A stretch of 61,336 nt of DNA, counting the filler, from Catajapyx aquilonaris (lineage: Eukaryota): the NCBI GenBank assembly GCA_000934665.2. It is 3 parts of 3 records of this genome, joined end to end, with 100 filler letters (N's around TTAATTAATTAA, not from the genome) between each part and the next. Parts side by side here need not be neighbours in the genome. Positions count along the whole stretch, not along the records: positions 40,956 to 61,336 come from KZ539508.1; 2 more parts are not named here. One strand, written 5' to 3'. The notes under the pieces were generated by a model that was not told the DNA's origin, searched no databases, and saw only the letters and a program-made list of their open reading frames with translations. Below are positions 51,281 through 61,336 of this stretch, in pieces; the stretch's first letter is position 1, and every line of letters starts with the position of its first letter. The position numbers were made by a program, and so were the translations under genes.

Positions 51281-52605
51281 CCACTGAAATATACTTGAAC
51301 AGAAAGGTAAGGATAAATTTGTGACAATTTTCCAGCTAACCGGTTGGGTTTAACATAACTACGAACTTGATGTGATATCCACAAGATGGGGTTAGTTGCG
51401 AGTTGTGAGTTTTGCCATTAGATGGCGTGCATGCGGAGTGTTGGGAGACGGACCAGGGTGGAGGCTTCCTCGGAAGAGGTTGGGTGCAACCAGTTATTCT
51501 TGAACGACAAGACCTTTCATGACCATCATTTGGGGTATGAGGCAATAATCTAGGGAATCTAGACAGATTAGCAATCACAGTATGTCAGCCTCCACATGCT
51601 ACTGTAATAATATTAACACCATGAACAGAGACATTGTATGCAGAATAGCGTAGGCTACTCATGCCATCTACTTTTTGACTTTGACTAAAATCTACATTTT
51701 TGATGCCACATTGGTCGCTCCACGGTTTCACGCACTCTTCCAAATGACATTTTCAGACTCCCTGAGGATGTGTCCCCCGCCCTCCGAATCTTCTTTTTTT
51801 CGTGAAGAGCTGAGTATTTCGGGGACCCCCTCGTTTAATTACGATGGCGAAGCTTATTTATTATGCACCGTTTAGTATAATGGAAGTGCATCAGGATGGA
51901 GAGGGGGAAATTATGGCGGGGCCCAGACTCCGGACACCAAATTTCATATTAACGGTCCCATTATTGTCTTTATGCAGTAATGATATATACGAGTCTCTGG
52001 CAAATTGTTCAATCAGATGCGAAGGGGGGCAGAAGGGGGCAGAAAGGGGGTAGGAGGGGAGGAGAAAGCAACAAAGTGAACATTTGCATGCAGTAACATA
52101 AACGGCTTGGGGAAATGTGATTAGGAAGGAACGAAGCCAACGACCAGCGGAAGCTCATTTTGGGGTCCCGCAAACATTAGGATATGCTTTTCTTGTACGT
52201 ATCTTCCCCAGAAACGAGTCTGGTGCGAGGGAAACTTCTGCCTATAAAAAGCGGGTGTGTTCGGAAATAAATGGGTCGTAAATTACCGATGGGGATCTGG
52301 GATCATGTCTCTTCCGATACAACAATGGCGGCGACAAATCGAGCGTGTCTGCTGGGAGGGCTGTCTTCGTTATCAAATCACTCGAATATGCCTGTTGCCT
52401 TATAGCGCTATAACCATTCGCAGGATTAAAATGCAATTTCTCATGGGAAGTAACATGGCTACTAACATTTGTTGTATAACAATAAAAGTATCCTTCGAAA
52501 GTAAATCGATTTAAGTAAAGCCGTGTCGACGAAAAAATACTCTTTAATTGTTGTGAGAATTACACTTCCTCACTGCTAATATACATAATAATCTTTGGTA
52601 CAAAT

Positions 52606-52851
52606 GAGGCGCTTAGAACAAAAGTGGCCCAAGTCTAAAAAAATAATGCTACAAAAATTGACCTGAAATGCCCCATGGCGGAGGCAATTCTCCTTGGAGC
52701 ATAAATATGATTAATCCATCTACTGGCCAAATGTCCAAATTAGGATCTACACCAACTTTGGACCAACTTGGAGTAGTCTTATGAGCGTGATGGCGGTCGT
52801 TTCTCGGCAGTGGCAAAAATGGACTTGGGTCACTTTTGTTCTAAGCGCCTC
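52606..52851. mobile_element. MITE with GAG..CTC termini (Sola-like)
   Basis: gaggcgcttagaacaaaagtggcccaagtc vs gacttgggtcacttttgttctaagcgcctc; flanks aaat/aaac. Confidence 0.7.
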
Positions 52852-53106
52852 AAACATGAACGTGGACCATCTAATATCACAGCATAAAATCACTACATGC
52901 AAGGCGATCCAAAACTTCGGAGGTTTATGGATATTTGTTGGCACTAAACTTCTTTATTATTTTATAATATCTTGCGAAAATGTCAGAAGTCAGACTGTGG
53001 GAGGTCAAAAGTCAATAGTCTTTTCTGAGAGATTTTTTATCATCATGGAGTACTTTTGCCACGTTTTTTTCCATTATACCGGTATAGGTTGTGAGTTTTA
53101 GGTATA

Positions 53107-53527
53107 CAGGGTGTATCTGAACTCAGTGCCCCGACGTATGACTGCCTTCCTAGCCACCAGAGGATCGATTTAAGTATAGGAGTCATTATGTCTGGCCGCC
53201 GCATTACTGAGATATTGGCCGCAAACATGTAGTACAAAATATCCTGTCAGTTAGGCCACCCATCGAACCCTCCCCCAGTCAGAAGGCTCTGGAAGGTCTG
53301 GGGGCGGGACTTTGTTGGTTTGTTGCCCACAGGTGGTAAGGCCTCTTTGGCTAGTTACACCAGAAAATTCTATTTAAAAGTCAGAAGGAGCGATTAGGCA
53401 AAAATCGCTAAAGAGTGTATCTCAGTAATGAGGCTGCCCAGACATATGACTCCTATACTTAAATCGATCCTCTGGTGGCTAGGAAGGCAGTCATATACGT
53501 CGGGGCACTGAGTTCAGATACACCATG
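53107..53527. mobile_element. Tc1/mariner-type MITE
   Basis: ~100-bp inverted arms beginning cagggtgtatctgaactcagtgcccc; TA flanks. Confidence 0.85.
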
Positions 53528-53529
53528 TA

Positions 53530-53647
53530 TAGTCTGGTGACCCCGGGTAGCTTGCCCCCTGGGGTAACTTGTTGTTTACTGCTATCCTTTTACATATGTT
53601 GCCATGGTGTTTGCCCGCGGGCAAGCTTACCCGGGGTCACCAGACTA
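53530..53647. mobile_element. 118-bp MITE with TAGTCT termini (Academ-like ends)
   Basis: tagtctggtgaccccgggta..tacccggggtcaccagacta; no clear TSD. Confidence 0.6.
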
Positions 53648-55725
53648 GGGGCCTAAATCTAATTATGAAATGAAATAGCAACACATAAACCACGTTATTT
53701 TGTAGGGAAATTCTCCATATTCTCTATAAAACCCCACAAGGCTGGTAGTTAAGACATACTGTACTAAACAAGAAAATATTTTTGGACGACTGGTCACAGC
53801 TAAATCAAGAGTTCATGAGAATGCCTTTGAATGTCAGTAGCAGGACGTGACTCCTTAGTTGCCTATACACTATACTCTTCTAATAAATCAAACCAAGCCT
53901 GTAACCATAGTTGTGCAAAATTGGCTTTCTCATTGTAGTAGCTACATACAATAGGAATATAATTTACACAACATTATTTTGTAGTCAGCAAGAAGTTCGA
54001 AATCACGGCAGAATTTTGCAGAGGTAAACAACACGCTGTACTTATAAATAAAATGAAACATTAGGGATAGAAATTCCTGAATGTAAAGCACTGAAACAAG
54101 TTTGGCATATTTTGTTCTTCATAAACAGAAAATGCTAAACTTCGAGATATACGGTAAATAGGAAAATATCCATATTGTTAGAAATTAATTTTTATGAGAA
54201 GGGGTATGAACATTTTAAAACCAGATTTGGCTTCCCTCACTTTACTTCCCTTCCTCCTTACCCCCCCCCCCAGGAAAATTGCTTCCCTCAAGCATCAGCC
54301 AGATAAGAAAAGAAAAGTTGGCAAAGGCGTGCCCTTAATTTGCAGACAATTTCTCCAGTTTCCTTTTTTTCTCTCTATCTAACTCGTCTCTTTTCACAAA
54401 CGATCCGAGTGACTTCCCTGACATCCGACCCAATATTTCCGCGTCAATCTCACGAAAGCTGTCTTATCTACAGCCAACTTATATATATATTTTTATCTTT
54501 CTAATGCTATTACCAGGACACCTGCCCACTCTCCCACACAATTTCGAGGGACTGACAGATAACCTCGGTGCGGTTTGCGTTAAAACCTGCCAGCTTAAAA
54601 ACTGATCCCAAGTGGGGAGGCATAGACATGGCGGTGTGAGAATGGTCAGGAAAGCTTTGGGGAGGGGGGGGGGTCAGAAAAATGGCGGCCATTCCGAGAC
54701 CGCACTTCCCATTTGATGAAGCCCCCGGAGAGGCTCGTTTGCCTAGCCCTTGGTCAATCCGGATGAGAATGACGGCCAAGAGACGCAATCACGCCTGCTG
54801 GCGCTAGATTGATTAATGAGGGGAAGTGGGGGAATTGGAGGGGGAGGGGGGAAGAGGGTGTTTTCCCCACCCTTCCCCCTGCAAGCATCACCCAGTATTC
54901 AATCGGTCTCGGAATTGAATGCCTACAGCTTTACCTGCCAGCTGTGGAAACCTAAGCGTCCTTTCACTTGTCCGGTTTGCTCACTGATGGATGAGAATGT
55001 ATTACGAATGTATTTTTGAGGCTATAACTGGTACCGTAAATTGTCATATTTGTATGTAAAATTCTCGTCGATTTTAAAATCACTGTGCAAAATCAAGACT
55101 TTCACAGGTGTGGAGGCAGTTTCCCACAGCATGAATGAAAGATGTGGTCAAAGAAAATGGGGAAATTTCACGACTTGCAACTTATGAATATGCTAGCAAT
55201 ATGCATTACCTTTCTTTGACGTTGGAAGTACACTGGAGTGTCTTATGTAATGTTTGGGACATAATTATGAGCGTACACATATACGGTTTTGATGAAGGAA
55301 TGATGGTTTATAAAAGAAACTTCTTTCAGCACGTTCTTCATCAGAGTTTTGGCCAAGGCTTCTCTTGAGACAAAGCCTTCGGCCGGAGTGTAAATGCCAC
55401 CACAATAATGCCCAACAGAGAGCGATGTTGTATAGAGCACTTTAAGTTTCGTTTAGAGATGAATAATTGAAATGAGGGGTCGAGGTGCTCTGCTGCAAAC
55501 AAGACTTGCGGCCTGACAAAACATTAACGTACTATGGGTCAAATGTGGTAATATTGCTGACACTGGCTCTTTCTAGATCCTGTGAGTGCCACTACCTGCG
55601 GCATATTCCTCGCATGTAGCTGCAAGGGAGAAATGTTGCCATAAACCAACAGCAACAACAAGTGAGGCACGTGCTGAATACTGTATAGTGATATCCATTG
55701 TCAAGTATTTTCATAAATCACAATA

Positions 55726-55981
55726 CAGGGTGTTCCAGATTCGTGGGTCACTTTTTTATAACTGATATCGTCCGATAGCAGTTATTTTTGTAGCTTGTTG
55801 TGCCCCTAACCATGTGCCCCATTCTATAACTACTTCTATCGTATATACGACCCACTAGGGGTCGAATATAGCAGTGCTATAGAGTGGGGTACATGGTTAG
55901 GGGCACAACAAGCTACAAAAAATAACTGCTTCCGGGAGATGTCCGTTATCAAAAAGTGACCCATGAATCTGGAACACCCGA
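55726..55981. mobile_element. Tc1/mariner-type MITE family 1
   Basis: Same arms as 49361-49612. Confidence 0.85.
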
Positions 55982-56164
55982 TATATATTCCTGAAAATTA
56001 GAATGGAAACAATGAAATAATTTGTATGTAAACAATTAATATAATTTCAATCTACTGTAAACAAAAATATTCAACGTCTGTGTCCTGGTACCAGAGCAGA
56101 GTCCTGTATAACGTAGAATGAAAACTATTTTCTCGATCTTTTTCACATACAGCATAATTATACC

Positions 56165-56675
56165 CAGTTCCGGATTTATAGGGGGGCATAGGGGGCAAGT
56201 GCCCCGGGGGCCCCTGCCACGGGGGGCTTCCACGGCAAAAGGTTTAAAATACTTTATTTTATTATTAAAAATTAAAAATTAACCAGTTGTGACGATACTG
56301 ATGAACCTCCCAGCTTAAATGCTTAATAGTAAGCAATTCCTCATCGGAAAAGGGAGTCAAAGTGTCGGGAGCGCACCCGCTTTCCCGTGAATTATTATCA
56401 TTAGTGGCGTATGCCCCCCCCCCCCCCCCNNNNNNNNNNNNNNNNNNNNNNNNNNNNNNNNNNNNNNNNNNNNNNNNNNNNNNNNNNNNNNNNNNNNNNN
56501 NNNNNNNNNNNNNNNNNNNNNNNNNNNNNNNNNNNNNNNNNNNNNNNNNNNNNNNNNNNNNNNNNNNNNNNNNNNNNNNNNNNNNNNNNNNNNNNNNNNN
56601 NNNNNNNNNNNNNNNNNNNNNNNNNNNNNNNNNNNNNNCCCCCCCCCCCCCCCCCAAGGTCTAAATCCGGCCCTG
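56165..56675. mobile_element. hAT-type MITE spanning an assembly gap (N 56431-56638)
   Basis: cagttccggattta/taaatccggccctg; TSD attatacc/gttatacc (7/8). Confidence 0.65.
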
Positions 56676-56690
56676 GTTATACCACTGCAA

Positions 56691-57338
56691 CAGGGGTGTA
56701 TTACCAAAAAGGCCGAGTATAGGCACGTGCCTAGTGCGGCAAATTTTAGGGGCGGCAAAATTTGCCGCCCCCTAAATTTTGCTGCCCTAGACTCAAAATA
56801 ATTTTCTCCTCGATAAAATTTTTCGCCTCCATGACATTTAATGTCACGGAGGCGGAAAACGGAGGAAAATTTTGTCGAGGAGAACATTTTGACGCGTGCG
56901 AAAACATGCGAAAATATGTACTTTATGGCGTCACCGTTCATGTGCCTCCCCAAGATGAATCGCCTGATCCCCGAGACCAGTAAGGGAGAAAGTCGCGTGC
57001 ACCCTTCCCCCTTAGGACAGTGGAGATCTGTGCAGGATCTACACGCGACTTTCGCCCTTACTGGTCTGGGTATCGGCAGATTCACCTTGGAGCGGCATAA
57101 AAGTGTATAAACCCCAAAAATTCACTGGATTTTTCTAAGTACGAGTATCCATGGCCAAAATTTCATATTATTTGAAATAACAATTTTCGAGATATTTGGC
57201 CTTGAAATCCGCAAATTTTTGAATTTTCCCAATCTCGGACCTAAAAATCAGCTAGGAGCTAGGAGTGGGGGGGGGGGGGGGCNGGGGGGGGCATATAAGG
57301 CTATGTCTAGGGGCGGCAAAAACGTAAATATGTAACTG
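56691..57338. mobile_element. hAT-type MITE
   Basis: 8-bp TSD CACTGCAA; CAG..CTG ends; repeated ggggcggcaaa subterminal motifs. Confidence 0.65.
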
Positions 57339-57774
57339 CACTGCAAAAATATACCAAACAGCCACTAGCCTACATCGGAGCATACCTATAGCCAGCATAT
57401 AGCATAATCATATACACGGTATTCCTTCCGAACACACAAACCAATCCACCTTCCCCACACTACACTCCTCCACGAAAGTGCCCACATTCTTCATAAAAAA
57501 ATGAAGAGCCAGCATTGACCACACAGACACTCACACTCGCTCCCAAACGATTCCAGGATTTGCCGGAGTGACATAACCTCCAAAACAGGACAGGCAATTT
57601 TCCACTCTGTCCGAAACGAGGCCTTTTTCGTCCCTCCTCTCTCCCTTTCACTTTTTGAGTGTACAAGTGCGCCCGGGGTCCGAGTCGTGAAAACACCAAC
57701 GGAGGCCATTCGCAGAAATGAACTGGAGGACATAAAACGTCTGTCGACAACACCACTAAGATTAATCATCAAGT

Positions 57775-57808
<34 letters not shown>
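57775..57808. repeat. (TC)n microsatellite
   Basis: Direct reading. Confidence 0.9.
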
Positions 57809-57811
<3 letters not shown>

Positions 57812-60800
57812 CTTTTTTTTTTTGCTAGAATGGTGTGCAGGGCATGCTGAATAATTAAAAGTCCCCCTCGCGTCGTCTCCAAAAAAAAGAGTGATCAGGG
57901 GGGTCTCTTTATAGAGGGGGGGCTTCAGGATAGCATTCATCCGTGAGTTCAGCTCGTTTCTAGGCGACCCCTCCCTATAGTCTAATTAGCAGGCCTTCTC
58001 CGCACACAATGACCCCTTCCTCACGGCTAATCTGCGCCAAACAACTCGCAAAAATTAAGTGGAGGGAGGATGCCAGCTGAGGTAGGGGATGGAGGGGAGG
58101 AGGCCAAAACCTAGGAGACAAGTGGGTAGAGGGAGGGATTCGTCTTCCGATGGATAGTTTGTGGAGGCAATCCTTTTCTGTTGGAAGATCATTGAGTTTT
58201 GTATTGAAAAATAGTTTGGGACAATAATATCGCGTGGATATGCAGTTGCAGTATTTTGTTTTTTATTTTATTTTTTAAAGAACTGATAGGTTGGTGTCTC
58301 TGGCTACCATAGTACTGATGGGTGGCACGCTGATCATGGGACGAGCCATTACAGCCCTGAAGAATGGGAAACACATGAACAATAAAAGAGTAAGCGCATA
58401 CCTCATTGGGATCCTTCAATATGATTATCAAGGCTTATGTGAATGGCTTTCCATCCGTTACGGAAGAACTTGAATAGCACCAGCCATGTGGTAGTGATTG
58501 ATTTCCACCAGTGACTGATAGCGCAGTTTTGCCTTTTACTGCTCGTATGATTCACTCTGTATAAGAACGACGATGGCTTGATTGTGACGCTGTTCTTTTG
58601 TTTCCATGCTCGTCATGTGTGATCCACATACCTCCTCTCAAAACTATCAGGTAGTATTTCATCATAAAAAACTTCACACATCCATCCTTTTACCAACAGT
58701 TATTCTGTTCATTTAGCTCATTCTGCTTTCAACTAAAATGTATTCGGTGCTTTGTACACTCAGAAGATATTTAGTTGCTGCACGAACACTAGAATAGTGT
58801 TTCATTCAACAAAATTCCCAGGTTAAAATAGGACCTGCGGAAACATTTGGTGCAGTAACCAAATAAGTGTGGTTGTTGTTCAATACAAACATTTGGTCTA
58901 TGCAACCGAATTTTGGTCGAGTGCATAGATATTAAAACCCTTTAATATCAATGGTCGAGTGGTTTTGATTATGCTGACTAAATATTTGGTTTTAACAATC
59001 ACATACCCATCAACCAAAATGTTTTGGTTAGTTCAACCAATGACATTTTATATACAAAATAGAAAAATTTGTTTGACATAACCTAATTTCTTCGAACTAA
59101 ACAGTTTTAGGTACCGGTATATACACTTCAACGTGAATTCAACGATTGCAGTTTTTTAGTGATAACACTTCTGCTCCCTTCAGTACTTCAAAAATTGCAT
59201 GAAAAATCGACCGTTGAAGAAAAACTTAATAATAATCACTAACTGCAAAATAATTGTCACATCAGCAAGCGTGTGGCACCCCTCGCCCATCAATAATTTT
59301 CCTTTCAAGCCACATGTAAAATGGTCGATAAATGTACAACCCCAGCCCTCTATCCTGGCCCACCCCCGCACACGTCGCACTTTAGAGCTCATTACAGTGC
59401 TATTTGCGAAATGTCGTGGATAAGGGGGTCGGAAATTGTGCCTACAAGCACCTTTTATTGCAGAAATTTGGTACCTACATCGTTTCGGACACGCCCACCT
59501 TAATAAAGAACACTTGGCTTGTTGCTGAAGAGTTTATGACCGCATATTCGCGTGGGAGGACGGGGGAGCAGGGAGCGGAGGGAGGTAGAGGGGAGTAAAC
59601 TCGACTTTTCGATGGCCATCATGCGAGTTACAGACCTGCACACTTTCCCGGAGCCTAAGCTAATTAAAGCCCTCCTCCCTCCATCCGCCCATACCTTTTT
59701 TAAAGCATCATTAGTGAGGTTTGGCGACACACAGTGCTTCACAGGGGAACAAAGAGGTTGCCTCTTAGCTGCGGCTACACTGCTGCAGACCGCCTTCGCA
59801 ATGGGACTTTGATACAAGCCGCAGGTCATGCCTCCAACTCAAAGCCTGACCATGCTTCATACAAAAAATGATCCGCTTCAAACCTCTTGCAGCTTACCAG
59901 AATGTCCTAGAAATCAGGCTCATTAGACTTATAATGTATGCATGTTTTCTTATTCTAAACTTGTTTAATACACTTTATTGCACATTTACTGTTAAATATT
60001 CCAACGAGGATATTAGTTTCCGACCATACTGGAAAAGAGAATTCAGCGAGTTGTAACTTGACACCTTGGCCGGGATGTAGTTTTAGTACAGCTCAGAGGA
60101 GTAGAAATATTATTCGAAAGTATCACTACCATCGGAAGGTAAAGAGTGAGCTGCCTATACCTTTATATCCTATGACATAACTGTGCGTCTCCTAGCTTGA
60201 GCCTATAGGTCCGGAAAATTGTTTAGCCCGAGGGAATCCTGTTGTATATCAAAACTAACACGCAGAAACTATTTTTCCCTAAAGCGCTGACCAAAATCAA
60301 GTTTGAAAGCGTTTTAATTGCATTTCCCGTGAAAGTGCCCCTTTGTCCAACTCTGTCGCAAAATTATAATTGTTTACTAGGCACGTGTAAAGGGCGCGAC
60401 AGGTTTATAAACAAAGTGTGTTTACAATTCAATATACGTATATGGTATTCTCTTAATTCAAAATATCACTATAATCATCGCCCACTTATTCCCTCACTGA
60501 TGAACGTTTCAGCTCATTTAATCCAGGCGCAGAGGACCTTGTTTTTCATTAGTTATAGGGAACTATAGACTATTAGTGGGCACGGCCAAACGTCCCAGAA
60601 ACTTAGGCCAGAATATTTCAAATAATGTTTCAAATGCTGCGTCGCACTAATGTTACACATTTTAAAATATGGTTGACTTTTTCGCATAATAAAATAATTT
60701 TTTAAATACGGACGTATTTTTAACTTTTGTCCGGGCATTTAAATGGTTTTCGCCTTTTTATAATAGTATGTTGTTCCTTTTACTGCAATAAACCTTACAT

Positions 60801-61336
60801 GATTTTTAATTACAACTAACTTCTTTCATGTGTTTCTGTGCCCTTCGTCTGACACAATGTAATATTTCGCAATCAAGGTTCCCAACAGGGCAACAATTCC
60901 GTCACCCTGGAAACCAACTAAACAAGCCGAATGAATCTCTCGAAACAGGAGCAGTTCCTTCAGCATATAGGAGTAATTTTTTTAAAAAAACTATGCATGC
61001 TATAAACCCGAACTTAACTGATAACGACAGTTTGTCATCAGGCTCCATTCTCCAATGGCTGGAAGAATACGACGTAAGGATCAGGTGGCCCAGCTTAATG
61101 CCCAGGGAGTTCTCATATGCAGGTGAGTCCAACAATGCTTTCTTTTTATTGTGTGTGTTCAGCACTGGCATGTTATGTCCACAGTCCTATAGTGTCGCGA
61201 CTGATACACACCATCTTCCCAAAATTAGTGAATTTAAACAACTATTATAGCTGGAGCAGTCTCGAAGGAAAGATGACCAACTGGAGGTTCCTAAACACAA
61301 GTGTGAGTCGCCTTCATCAATATATATGATATATAA

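Noticed and set aside
56265..57085. Long ORFs with poly-Gly/Pro
   Set aside because: Created by the N gap and poly-C runs
60828..61250. 140-aa ORF with a Tc1-like WLEEYDVRIRWPS fragment
   Set aside because: Single weak motif, no SPDL, DDE context or TIR
38492..61336. Final ANT exon (YPFDTVRRRMMM)
   Set aside because: Not found by eye; segment 2 ends at 40855

Overview
Eukaryotic, most likely arthropod/insect, genomic DNA. It is three separate ~20.4-kb segments (1-20379, 20480-40855, 40956-61336) joined by identical 100-bp linkers (N44-TTAATTAATTAA-N44), so adjacency across linkers is not evidence of synteny. Segment 1 holds a decayed two-gene CMC/EnSpm (CACTA-type) transposon: a C2H2-zinc-finger transposase plus a multi-intron SAM-domain accessory gene. 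It also holds a degraded repeat-protein reading frame bracketed by two inverted (TTAGG)n-containing MITE-like elements, a divergent exuperantia-like gene, and a Transib-like element with a 5-bp TSD. Segment 2 holds the promoter and first four coding exons of an ADP/ATP translocase (ANT/sesB-type) gene whose ~6.5-kb introns are packed with nested MITEs and SINEs; its last exon is outside the segment. Segment 3 has no recognisable host gene: MITEs, a near-perfect nested foldback, a mariner relic, a tRNA-SINE and possible enhancer motif clusters. No clearly new biological system can be demonstrated. The best leads are the spliced SAM-domain accessory gene, the TTAGG-MITE-flanked repeat ORF, the exu paralog, and the 5-bp-TSD hAT-like element. 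All family assignments come from motif recognition by eye, not database searches.
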